Under the pieces are notes generated by a model. That model made no database searches. It saw only the letters and a program-made list of their open reading frames with translations, and had not been told where the DNA came from. From Candidatus Dojkabacteria bacterium (lineage in GTDB: Bacteria > Patescibacteriota > Dojkabacteria > SC72): DNA of 64,000 nucleotides. Below are positions 9,767-18,981 of the stretch, piece after piece. Position 1 is the first letter of the stretch. Each line of letters opens with the position of its first letter. Made by a program: the position numbers and the translations under genes. Location of the stretch: NCBI GenBank assembly GCA_016182915.1, contig JACPFP010000003.1, positions 86,788-150,787 of the forward strand, written 5' to 3'.

Positions 9767-10672
9767 ATGGGAATATTTGATTTTTTCAAAAAAGAAGTAA
9801 AAAGAGAGTTTATAGCAAGGCCAGATGAGTCAAAAGATATGATTATCTATAAGTGGCCAGATAGTAATATAAGGATGTTGACCCAGCTAACAGTACAACA
9901 GGATGAGCTGGCTGTTTTCTTTAAGAAAGGACAGGTAGCAGGGACTTTACAGTCTGGTACACATACCCTTGATGGTGCGAGTATCCCCTTCTTAAGTGGA
10001 TTAATTGACAGTGCTACAGATGGGAATTTTTTGATGTCGGAACTATACTTTGTATCAACCCGTCAGTTCACAGACCTACCTTTTGGTGGAACAATTGATA
10101 ATGTACTCGATCCGCAGACAAATCTAGCAGTGGGTATTAGGGTCTTTGGGGAGTATGCAATGACAGTATCTGATCCACAGAAATTAATATTAACACTTGT
10201 TGGGACTCAGAATCTTCAAAGCAATGAAGATATTACAAACTGGATTAAAGATCTTCTTCTAAAACACTTCAGAGAGATGGTTTCCAGATATGTATCAACT
10301 GAAAAACAACCAATTCTTGGTATTGCATCTCAGGCATCCAACTTTGAGAAGATGGTACTAGGAACTGTTGCTCCTGATCTAATGGAGTATGGCGTGAATA
10401 TAGGGAAATTAGGTAATGTTACAGTATCAATCAAAGAAGATGATGAAGCCACCCTAAAACAGATGACTAGAGACTTTGCATACTCACAGAATATGAGTGC
10501 AGCTGATGCTGCAGTTAAGCTGGGTATGGCAAAAGGAATGGAAAGTGGAAGCGGAGCAGGCTCCTCTGCGGCTGATGCAGCTGCAACTGGAATGGGTATT
10601 GCAATGGGAATGAATGCTATGAAACAAGGTGAAAATAAGGAGGAGAAAAAGGATGAACAGCCTGAGAAGTAA
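9767..10672 (+). CDS. SPFH/band-7 domain protein (COG4260, YdjI-like)
   Basis: MGIFDFFKK...FIARPD N-terminus characteristic of COG4260 SPFH proteins; Gly/Ala-rich C-terminus. Confidence 0.6.
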   Translation: MGIFDFFKKEVKREFIARPDESKDMIIYKWPDSNIRMLTQLTVQQDELAVFFKKGQVAGTLQSGTHTLDGASIPFLSGLIDSATDGNFLMSELYFVSTRQFTDLPFGGTIDNVLDPQTNLAVGIRVFGEYAMTVSDPQKLILTLVGTQNLQSNEDITNWIKDLLLKHFREMVSRYVSTEKQPILGIASQASNFEKMVLGTVAPDLMEYGVNIGKLGNVTVSIKEDDEATLKQMTRDFAYSQNMSAADAAVKLGMAKGMESGSGAGSSAADAAATGMGIAMGMNAMKQGENKEEKKDEQPEK

Positions 10673-11582
10673 GTTGAGAAAGTTTCTACAGTACTTTGCT
10701 ACAGCTTTCCTGCTTCTCTTTTTCTGTACTACTTCAGTACTAGCAAGAGCAGGCGGAGGAGAAAGTTTTGGAGATGGAGGTTTTGATTCAGGAGGCTCCT
10801 CCAGTTTTGACTTTGGAGGTTCTTCATCAAATACAAATTACTCATCAACATCGAACTTTGGAGGAGGAAACCTAATACCTCTGATTATAATAATTGTTAT
10901 ACTTGTAATAATAGCATCAGGCAGGAGAAGAGGTGGAGTTTCAACAGATACAACAAGTGGAACACCAAATACTCCTGACCATAAATCACAGAGCATCGAG
11001 GAAATTCAGCAAAACCTTACTTCCCTTAAAAAGATTGATCCTAAGTTTGACGAACAAAAGTTTAAAACCCATTCAAAGAAGGTGTTTATGGCAGTACAGA
11101 AAGGATGGACAGAGAGAGATCAGGAGATCTGCAGGCCATTTATGGCAGAAGAGGTATACCAGAGCCATCAGATGCAGATTGATTCAATGAAAGAGAGTAA
11201 AGTCATTAATGTTCTTGAAAATATAGTTGTAGGGTCAACTGCTATAGCAAGAATAGATTTAGGTGAAGAGTATCACAAGATTGCAGTGAAAATCAGAGCC
11301 TCAATGAAGGATTACAAGGTAAATGAGGAAGATCCAAATAAGGTCGTAGAGGGTACTAAAGCACAAACCCCACCTTTTACTGAATACTGGATCTTTATAA
11401 GAAGATCAAACCTGAAAACCAAGATTAAAGATGGAATATTTGACAGAAAGTGTCCAAACTGTGGGGCACCAATTCACGTCTCTGTTTCAGGTATCTGTAA
11501 ATACTGTGATGCAAATGTAGTAAACGGGGATTATGATTGGGTACTATCTGAAATTATTCAAAAAAGTGAATGGATGGAATAG
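10653..11582 (+). CDS. Membrane protein with Gly/Ser-rich region, TM helix, Tim44-like C-terminal domain and CxxC...CxxC zinc ribbon (YdjG-like)
   Basis: CPNCGAP...CKYCDA zinc ribbon; DWVLSEI Tim44/NTF2-like C-terminus; start moved to internal Met to limit overlap. Confidence 0.45.
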   Translation: MNSLRSKLRKFLQYFATAFLLLFFCTTSVLARAGGGESFGDGGFDSGGSSSFDFGGSSSNTNYSSTSNFGGGNLIPLIIIIVILVIIASGRRRGGVSTDTTSGTPNTPDHKSQSIEEIQQNLTSLKKIDPKFDEQKFKTHSKKVFMAVQKGWTERDQEICRPFMAEEVYQSHQMQIDSMKESKVINVLENIVVGSTAIARIDLGEEYHKIAVKIRASMKDYKVNEEDPNKVVEGTKAQTPPFTEYWIFIRRSNLKTKIKDGIFDRKCPNCGAPIHVSVSGICKYCDANVVNGDYDWVLSEIIQKSEWME

Positions 11583-11827
11583 AGGAAAGAGTCTTGAAAA
11601 TTGAAGAAAGAAACAGAAGGGTAGAATTGGATAAGGAGTGGGAGACAAGCCTGGCAAGAAAAGTTCTTATTGCAATCCTTACATATATCGTTATTACCCT
11701 ATTCTTCCTTGTTACGCAGAATAGTTCTCCCTTCCTAAATGCAATAATTCCAACCCTAGGTTTCCTTTTATCCACCCTATCCCTTAACTATGCAAAAAAA
11801 CTCTGGATCCAAAACAGAAAAGTTTGA
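11570..11827 (+). CDS. small 2-TM membrane protein
   Basis: 85 aa; two hydrophobic helices after a charged coiled N-terminus. Confidence 0.4.
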   Translation: MDGIEERVLKIEERNRRVELDKEWETSLARKVLIAILTYIVITLFFLVTQNSSPFLNAIIPTLGFLLSTLSLNYAKKLWIQNRKV

Positions 11828-12521
11828 CTCTTCGCAATATAGGAAATATATATGGGAAAAGGAATACAGTACTCGTAAAGCCCTACCCTCTTCAAATACA
11901 AACAACCCCTCTTCCTCACTAAGATACTTCCTACACGATTATCCTAATATCAACAAAGATCTTGCTGTAGATATTGGTTGTGGAAACGGAAGAAACGCCA
12001 TCTTTCTACATAATCAAGGTTTCAAGAAGATTGTAGGTTATGATATTTCTGAAGAGGCGATAAAACAAGGAAAGAGTGAAGTTGCGAAACTCGGTCTTGA
12101 TGGCTCCATACAACTCAAAGCCCAAAATCTAAGTATAACGCTTGATATCGAAGATAAAAGCGCCGACCTAGTTATTGATATGATGACCCTACACTCCCTT
12201 TCAAAGGAGACAAGAGACTCTTGCGTGAAAGAGATTAAAAGGGTCTTAAAGCCTGGGGGATACTATCTCCTTTTTACAATCCAGGCAGATAGTCCTTCCT
12301 CACAAGAACTAATTAAAAAGTATCCAGGACCCGAAAACAACTCATACCGGTTTGAAGTAGAGGGAGACGTAATTACAGAGAAGGTATTTGAGAAGACTGA
12401 GTTAGAAAGGATATTTTCACCACTTAAACTAGTCTCCTACACTGAATTTGGATCTAATACGAAAGCATATAGCGGGATATACAGCAGAGTATATTGTAAT
12501 GCTCTATTTCAGAATATATAA
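11790..12521 (+). CDS. Class I SAM-dependent methyltransferase (TehB-like)
   Basis: VDIGCGNGRN motif I. Confidence 0.7.
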   Translation: MQKNSGSKTEKFDSSQYRKYIWEKEYSTRKALPSSNTNNPSSSLRYFLHDYPNINKDLAVDIGCGNGRNAIFLHNQGFKKIVGYDISEEAIKQGKSEVAKLGLDGSIQLKAQNLSITLDIEDKSADLVIDMMTLHSLSKETRDSCVKEIKRVLKPGGYYLLFTIQADSPSSQELIKKYPGPENNSYRFEVEGDVITEKVFEKTELERIFSPLKLVSYTEFGSNTKAYSGIYSRVYCNALFQNI

Positions 12522-12532
12522 TCACTTAGCTT

Positions 12533-12606
12533 GCGAGAGTAATTCAATTGGTTAGAATGTCTCCTTCCCAAGGAGAATGTTGCGGGTTCGAGTCCCGTCT
12601 CTCGCT
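12533..12606 (+). tRNA. tRNA-Gly(CCC)
   Basis: Acceptor GCGAGAG/CTCTCGC; anticodon loop UUCCCAA; no encoded CCA. Confidence 0.9.
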
Positions 12607-12719
12607 TTTACATATCGTAAACGATATATCGTTTATGATAAAGATTACAAAAATCAAATTTAGACTTTTTCCATTACAATCTCTATTCAACTCCCTTTAT
12701 AAACGGTAGAATAAGTAAT

Positions 12720-13070
12720 ATGAGAAAACCGTTCAAAAAAAATATAAATAAGGTTCAAATTGAAGAAGCACATGGTGGAAGTGGAAGAAGACAACTATTG
12801 TTGTCTAAAAACGATCCAATTTCCTCTCAATTAGAAGCTATGACAAAGGGTATTATTCCACTGAAAGGTGCGTATGATTGGCATACGCACGAGAATACAG
12901 ATGAATTCTTTCTAGTTACTCAAGGAATTGGGGTTATTGAATTTGAGGATGGTACTAAAATTGAATACTCGAAAGATGATTTAATCTATATTCCGTCAAA
13001 TACAAAACACAGAATTGAAAATACTGGCAAAGTGGAAAACGAGTTCATTTTTGTACGAATTAATCAATAG
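12720..13070 (+). CDS. Cupin domain protein
   Basis: WHTHENTDEFFLVTQG cupin motif 1. Confidence 0.7.
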   Translation: MRKPFKKNINKVQIEEAHGGSGRRQLLLSKNDPISSQLEAMTKGIIPLKGAYDWHTHENTDEFFLVTQGIGVIEFEDGTKIEYSKDDLIYIPSNTKHRIENTGKVENEFIFVRINQ

Positions 13071-13073
13071 AAT

Positions 13074-13616
13074 ATGGAACAAAAAATATTAGTACTGGCA
13101 TATCCAGGCTCAGGGAAAACCTATCTTGCTGAAAATTACAAAAATGTTAGTGACTTCGAATTTCAACACTTTCGATATGATTACGGTGAATATAAGCACT
13201 TACCACTTGAAAAGCTAAAGGGAAGAATCGAGATAAGAACAAATAATCCAGACTGGCCAAACAATTTCTTTAAGGCGCTAGATGACGAGCTCAAAAAAGA
13301 CAGAGTTGTAGTAGTTCCTTTTGCGACATCGTTACTCGAAATTTTGGATTTTCTTAAAAAATCTAGTGGAGTTAGAATAATATTTGCAATTCAGGACAAA
13401 GAATCACTTGAAGATTTGCTTCAAAGCTTTAAAAACAGAGGGAATAGTGAAGAGTTTATTGAACGAAGAAGGAATGATTTTCAAAAATGCTATGAAATAA
13501 TAGCTCAATCAAAATTTGAAAAGGTCTATCTCAACAAAGATGAATTTTTAAGCGATGCACTAGTACGTGTCGGAGTTGAATTGGAAAAGGGTGTTGGTGT
13601 TAAAAACTATATTTAG
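13074..13616 (+). CDS. P-loop NTPase / small kinase-like protein
   Basis: Walker A AYPGSGKT at N-terminus; 180 aa. Confidence 0.5.
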   Translation: MEQKILVLAYPGSGKTYLAENYKNVSDFEFQHFRYDYGEYKHLPLEKLKGRIEIRTNNPDWPNNFFKALDDELKKDRVVVVPFATSLLEILDFLKKSSGVRIIFAIQDKESLEDLLQSFKNRGNSEEFIERRRNDFQKCYEIIAQSKFEKVYLNKDEFLSDALVRVGVELEKGVGVKNYI

Positions 13617-13783
13617 TAGAAATTAATTGGTTTTGTATTGAAAATTGTCAACAAAAAGTGAACCCCCGATACTAAGTGCGGTTCGGACTTCCTCCTGTGC
13701 CCCGCTCCAAACTTCCCCCACTTTATTGAAAACACCTTGCGATAATACTATAGTTTCAATATATAAAATAATATTCAAAAATT

Positions 13784-14047
13784 ATGGATAAATTTGAGAA
13801 ACAGTGCCAGTCTTGCGGGATGCCTTTAGAAGAGGGTAAGAAATCTGGTTCAGAAATTGATGGAAGCTTGAGTAAAATGTTCTGTGTAAACTGCTATCAG
13901 GAAGGTAAATTCACTCAGCCTGATCTCACATTAGATGGAATGAAGCTGGTTTTAGATAATACCATTGGAAAAGAAGGGTTAAGAGGAAAAATCATAGCCT
14001 TTCTAGGTAAAATGCAATTGCCAAGCTTAAAAAGGTGGAAAGTATGA
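13784..14047 (+). CDS. Zinc-ribbon domain protein
   Basis: CQSCGMP...CVNC four-Cys arrangement. Confidence 0.5.
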   Translation: MDKFEKQCQSCGMPLEEGKKSGSEIDGSLSKMFCVNCYQEGKFTQPDLTLDGMKLVLDNTIGKEGLRGKIIAFLGKMQLPSLKRWKV

Positions 14048-14081
14048 GGCAATTAATTAAGATTACACTTTAATATATTTT

Positions 14082-14441
14082 ATGGATGGATCAAACCAAA
14101 TAGACAGCTATATTTCATCGCTAGAAGGTTGGAAGAAAGAACTTGTTTCTAGGCTCAGAGAGATAGTACTTAAATCAGATAGTAATATTGTTGAAGAATG
14201 GAAGTGGGGAGCACCAGTATGGTCTAAAGATGGCCTTGTATGTAGCGTAAGCGCGTTTAAAAACCATGTAGGAATGAACTTCTTCAAAGGAGCCTCCCTA
14301 GATGACGAAGGCGGAATATTTAATAATGGATTAGACTCAAAGAAAATGAGATCTATTAAATTCCTCGAAGGTGAGAAAGTAAATGAGAAGGGAATCCAAG
14401 GCCTTATACAAGCATCAATTACTTTAAACGAAGCTGGTTAA
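14082..14441 (+). CDS. DUF1801 (YdhG-like) domain protein
   Basis: EEWKWGAPVW...FKNHVGMNFF pattern recalled from DUF1801. Confidence 0.55.
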   Translation: MDGSNQIDSYISSLEGWKKELVSRLREIVLKSDSNIVEEWKWGAPVWSKDGLVCSVSAFKNHVGMNFFKGASLDDEGGIFNNGLDSKKMRSIKFLEGEKVNEKGIQGLIQASITLNEAG

Positions 14442-14459
14442 ATTGACGTTCACTTTAGT

Positions 14460-14714
14460 CTACGCTTCAACCAGTTCAAATGATTCGTCAACTTCTTTTA
14501 TTGGTTTACGTGTGTAACCATCTGCATCAGCATCTACAGGCGTTGGGGCTGCAACCCATTGTCCAGCAGGATTATCATAAGAATCCTTCATCACGGCATT
14601 CATTGTGTACTTATCATCTTCAACTCCGAAGATAAGATAAGTTGTACCTTCTGCATTTGCAATTATGTCATCAACCTCAAACCTAGCCTGTCGCTCTATT
14701 TCACTTATTTCCAT
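14460..14714 (-). CDS. hypothetical acidic protein
   Basis: 84-aa ORF, convergent with upstream gene. Confidence 0.3.
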   Translation of the reverse strand: MEISEIERQARFEVDDIIANAEGTTYLIFGVEDDKYTMNAVMKDSYDNPAGQWVAAPTPVDADADGYTRKPIKEVDESFELVEA

Positions 14715-14847
14715 AAAAATTCAGATTATAGTTAAAATGCCAGATTATACATTACAAGAATTAGACCATCAACTAAGAAGTCTTCATTCTATTGCATACT
14801 ATAAGAGCTGTAATGTAATATGAGGTGTTAAATTTGCCCAAAACAGC

Positions 14848-17724
14848 ATGAACGAGAAATTCAACAGCAGATCCCTACTCATCACAGGGTTAATACTTAC
14901 ATTTCTCAACACATTAATCCTCTTCACTATAATTGGAAAAGGCGTTTATGATCAGATAACCGCAAGGGGAAAAGAAGGGACAATTGTCCTTGCAAATGTT
15001 AACCCTGAGGAGGCAAATGCAATTTCTAAACAGTTCACATACCAGGCTACAACAGGGGAAACCCAGGAATACTACTCCCCCACTCTCGACACTTTAATTA
15101 AATATAATCCAAACACCCTCTTTCTATCAGACAGTATAGATTCTGTATCTATCAGCCGTAGAGGAACATATAATGCAGAAACATATAGTTCCCTAAGGAT
15201 AATGGATGGAGAGTTCTCCAAAGCAGAGTCGGAAACATACCTTAAATCCCTCTATGACGACGTAAAAATTGAGGAGGAAAGTAAGATAGAAGGGTTAAAT
15301 GCTATAAGATTTTCATACGTTAAAAAATCATATATTGACGATACAAAAGCGGTATACAATAACCTTTATATTTACAGAGTGGTCGGTGGAAAAACCCTGT
15401 ATGTAACTATTATATACCCAAGTAGTTTTAATGCTACCTCACTCTCATCAGAAATTGCCAAAGTGATGGTTAACTCTGAAGTTTCCCCAAAGAATGTTTC
15501 GGAGAAGATAAAATTAATACTTCCTAAACCAGGCGTTGAGGTTATGTACGACAGGCAGAAATGGGTGGCGAATAGTACAACCGAATACACAGCATACATT
15601 GAATATAGGAGTAAGGAATTCGAGAGCAATAAAGATAATCAGTTTGCAATAAATACTGTAAGCATAAATGCTTCCAGCTTTATAGAGGGAGAAAGTTTGG
15701 AAGAAGCTCACTCTATATACTATAAATACGATTCCGAAGCATACAAGAAGGACGACTTCAAATTTATAAAAGAGAAATCAACAAAAGAGTTAAACGGAAA
15801 GTCATATCTATACACTGAATATACCTATACTTTCTTTGGATCACTAAATACGAGTAGAGTCTACACAACACTAAGTAAAGATGGAAAATTCGCAGTTACA
15901 ATAAAGCTCTGGTCCTCAAAAGCAAATACTGATGGCCAGAAAGAGGCTGAAGAGCTATTTAAGACCATTAAATTCGTTGATACATCAAGCACAGACGAGT
16001 TAAGCCTTAGTAGGTTAACAGGTGATAGTGGAAATGTATTAGGAAGTTCAAGCCTAACGATTGATAAATCAGCATTGATTGCAAAACCATCTGTCGTGCA
16101 TATCTACAACAAAACATGTGTAGATATTAAGGTTTCGTCGCAAACTGGATTCACTAAAACACCGAATGGTACATACAAGGTGTGTGGAGGGGGATTTGGA
16201 ACCGGATTCTTCATTAGCAGTGATGGATACTTAATAACCAACGGTCATGTAGCATCTCCACACTCAATAGACGCAGTAGTCTCTTCCTTGGTAAGCGGCG
16301 GGGATATAACTTTCTGGACAGACCTTTCGTACGATATTGCAGAACTACTGTACAAAGAGAGGGGTATTAACTTAGCAAGCCTTTCTAACACAGATATTCT
16401 TCTTGTCGTACTTTCTACATTCATGGAACTAAATAATCAAGGTGGACTTACATTAACTCCCACCTATAACAATTTCATAGAAAATACAGAACCGTTTGTG
16501 ATTGATCCAAGAACCTTTGACCCTTCAAATGCTACAGCATTAACAGAAGCAAAAACTATTACAGCACAAGTTGATTCACAATTTGAAGCACAGTATAACT
16601 ATGCCAAAGGAGACAAATCAGGGATAAAAACACCTGATCTGGCCATCCTTAAGATTGATGACAATAGCAAGCAATTCCCATCCCTCAGATTAAGTTCGGC
16701 AGAATTAATTACATCAGGGATGCCAATACATGTATTGGGCTTTCCGGGAATTGTAAATCAGGACTCCATTTTCGCATCTTCCGCATCCCAAATTCCAACT
16801 ATAACCAATGGAACTATTGGAGCCGTAAAACCGAACTCAACAGGAGCTTTTAAACTAATACAGATTGATGCCTCAATTTCAGGAGGTAATAGTGGTGGCC
16901 CAATCGTCAACTCCGAAGGAGAGGTTGTTGGAGTTGCAACATATGGAATAAGTGATGGAAGCAGTTCCGGGGATTACAACATTGGGGTTTCAGCAGAGGA
17001 GATAACAAAACTCCTTGCAAGTAATAGCGTGAAGATCAATGAAGGGAAGGTAACTGAATATCTTAATGATGGAGTTGAAAATTTTGAAAAGGAGTATTAC
17101 AAATTTGCAATAAAGGACTTTAAAAAAGTAATTGAACTATACCCTGATTCAGAGAGTATACTAAATCCATTAATTGCAATATCAGAGAAGAAAATTGCAG
17201 ATGGAGATGATAAAACTCCGTTTATAGATACAAGAGTTATTGAAAGAGGATTGGCAAAAGTTGGAATCAAGGTAAGTGGTAACACAGTTCTGGTTGGTGT
17301 TGTTAGCGCAATAGGCCTAGTTATATCTCTTCTCTTCCTCTTTGTAGTCCTAGCAATGAAAAGACGCAAGGATAAGAAAGAACCTGCACCTGTAATTGGA
17401 AATTATGACACACCAGTAACTCCTCCACCTTCAGTTGAAACCCCACCTGTACCAGTCGCAACAGAACCTTCTGTACAAGTAGAACCTGTCCCTGTTCAAA
17501 CACCTTCCCCAACTCTGGTAGCTCCTCCAACCCCTACAATGCAAGAGGTTCCTGCACAACAACCAACACCAGCCACCACGCCAACACCTCCAGCTCCATT
17601 TGTACCTGTTGCCCCTGTAATGACATCAACGCCAGTTCCACAAGCAGATATAGATTCAGCAAATACAGTTGTACAACCTAATAATCAAGCACAAAATACA
17701 GTAGTTACGCCTCCAGTTGCTTAG
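14848..17724 (+). CDS. Membrane-anchored trypsin-like (S1/HtrA-type fold) serine protease with large N-terminal domain and Pro/Thr-rich C-terminal tail
   Basis: N-terminal TM; catalytic triad contexts LITNGHV, DLAILKID, GNSGGP; second TM near residue 820 followed by PT-rich low-complexity tail. Confidence 0.7.
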   Translation: MNEKFNSRSLLITGLILTFLNTLILFTIIGKGVYDQITARGKEGTIVLANVNPEEANAISKQFTYQATTGETQEYYSPTLDTLIKYNPNTLFLSDSIDSVSISRRGTYNAETYSSLRIMDGEFSKAESETYLKSLYDDVKIEEESKIEGLNAIRFSYVKKSYIDDTKAVYNNLYIYRVVGGKTLYVTIIYPSSFNATSLSSEIAKVMVNSEVSPKNVSEKIKLILPKPGVEVMYDRQKWVANSTTEYTAYIEYRSKEFESNKDNQFAINTVSINASSFIEGESLEEAHSIYYKYDSEAYKKDDFKFIKEKSTKELNGKSYLYTEYTYTFFGSLNTSRVYTTLSKDGKFAVTIKLWSSKANTDGQKEAEELFKTIKFVDTSSTDELSLSRLTGDSGNVLGSSSLTIDKSALIAKPSVVHIYNKTCVDIKVSSQTGFTKTPNGTYKVCGGGFGTGFFISSDGYLITNGHVASPHSIDAVVSSLVSGGDITFWTDLSYDIAELLYKERGINLASLSNTDILLVVLSTFMELNNQGGLTLTPTYNNFIENTEPFVIDPRTFDPSNATALTEAKTITAQVDSQFEAQYNYAKGDKSGIKTPDLAILKIDDNSKQFPSLRLSSAELITSGMPIHVLGFPGIVNQDSIFASSASQIPTITNGTIGAVKPNSTGAFKLIQIDASISGGNSGGPIVNSEGEVVGVATYGISDGSSSGDYNIGVSAEEITKLLASNSVKINEGKVTEYLNDGVENFEKEYYKFAIKDFKKVIELYPDSESILNPLIAISEKKIADGDDKTPFIDTRVIERGLAKVGIKVSGNTVLVGVVSAIGLVISLLFLFVVLAMKRRKDKKEPAPVIGNYDTPVTPPPSVETPPVPVATEPSVQVEPVPVQTPSPTLVAPPTPTMQEVPAQQPTPATTPTPPAPFVPVAPVMTSTPVPQADIDSANTVVQPNNQAQNTVVTPPVA

Positions 17725-17762
17725 ATGCGCACACTCTGTTAGAATCGTTACATAAGTGTTAC

Positions 17763-17836
17763 GCTGATGTAGCTCAGTTGGCTAGAGCGGCTCTTTCGTA
17801 AAGAGCAGGCCGGCGGTTCGATCCCGTCCATCAGCT
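17763..17836 (+). tRNA. tRNA-Thr(CGT)
   Basis: Acceptor GCTGATG/CATCAGC; anticodon loop UUCGUAA; no encoded CCA. Confidence 0.9.
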
Positions 17837-17852
17837 TAGACAGATAATAGCT

Positions 17853-18947
17853 ATGTATACAGCACAATTCACTACAACTCAGTATATTCTAAGTTATATA
17901 GTCAAGTATGAGCTCTCACTTGAGAGGATTAAGAATACCCAACTTCCTGAGGTATATTTTAATGAACTTTATGAAAAGCTGCGAGCAGAAGATATCGATA
18001 AGTTAGGTGAGATAATTGGAAATAGCATTGGATATAGCAAGGCGTTACTTGTACAAAGAGGCAAGATACTCCCAACAGGAAAGAACAAGGACAGGATATT
18101 CACCAATTTCAGAAGTGTCCATGACTTCATCAATGTATACACCGCCTCATCTTTCTATAAACCATCTGCAGAGTTGATGGTACATATTAACAAGTTAATT
18201 GCCAAAGGATTAGTTGACGAATGGGAAATAGGAAAACTTAGAACATTTTCAGAGAAACCAAACGACCTATATGACTTCTGGTATAAATTAAGAGATTTCT
18301 TCCCAAACCTAAGACCGAAAAAACATCTTGACGATATATTTATGTGGATTAATACTCAAAAAAATGTACCACATAAATTGATACAGCTAGCAATTCTTCT
18401 ATATGAGATTATAGATAAAGCTCCCTTTACAGCCTTTAATCAAATAACCGGTATAATGACAATATCCGTTGTAGCAAAGGAGTATGGGTATAACCATAAG
18501 AATATAATTCCTTTCGCCAAAGCATTAAACCAAGTATCAGAAGAAATTGTAAGCGCTTTTAAAATCAGTAAATCAAAGAAAGACCTTACAATATTCATAG
18601 AAACGATATTATATGCCCTTGCCCTCACCGCCGATGATGTGGCACTACAAGTAAGGCGGACGTATAACACAAAGGTTAAGAAATTCAATAAGCTAGACGA
18701 TAGTCTTAATCCAAGACAGATTAAGGTCCTAGAGATTCTAGAAAAAGAAAAAAGGATTACAAGGATTCAATATGCGAAGAGTATGGGAATTTCCTTTATG
18801 ACAGCATTCAGAGACCTTCAGGAGCTACTGGAGCATAAGTACGTGCAACAGAAAGGGGTTGGAAGAGGAACATACTACGTTCTGCTTAAGACAAATACTG
18901 AGAGTATGCCACAGATACAGAAGGAAAGTATTCTCACTTTCAATTGA
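17853..18947 (+). CDS. Fic-like protein with degenerate active-site motif and C-terminal winged-HTH
   Basis: APFTAFNQITG sits where the Fic HPFx[DE]GNGR motif would be (catalytic His absent); C-terminal wHTH-like region. Confidence 0.4.
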   Translation: MYTAQFTTTQYILSYIVKYELSLERIKNTQLPEVYFNELYEKLRAEDIDKLGEIIGNSIGYSKALLVQRGKILPTGKNKDRIFTNFRSVHDFINVYTASSFYKPSAELMVHINKLIAKGLVDEWEIGKLRTFSEKPNDLYDFWYKLRDFFPNLRPKKHLDDIFMWINTQKNVPHKLIQLAILLYEIIDKAPFTAFNQITGIMTISVVAKEYGYNHKNIIPFAKALNQVSEEIVSAFKISKSKKDLTIFIETILYALALTADDVALQVRRTYNTKVKKFNKLDDSLNPRQIKVLEILEKEKRITRIQYAKSMGISFMTAFRDLQELLEHKYVQQKGVGRGTYYVLLKTNTESMPQIQKESILTFN

Positions 18948-18981
18948 AAAAAGACCTTTTAACTGATAATATTAACGACAT

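Noticed and set aside
13640-13745. GC-rich island as SRP (4.5S) RNA or RNase P RNA fragment
   Set aside because: No match to the SRP domain IV consensus (GGUCCGGAAGGAAGCAGC) in either orientation. Only a 9-nt resemblance to RNase P P4. The intergenic space is too short for RNase P.
17400-17700. Short nucleotide repeats (cctgt.cc.gt..) resembling a tandem repeat or CRISPR-like array
   Set aside because: They are codon-level repeats encoding the Pro/Thr-rich low-complexity tail of the 958-aa protease. They are not regularly spaced and have no spacer/repeat architecture. No CRISPR arrays were seen anywhere in the window.
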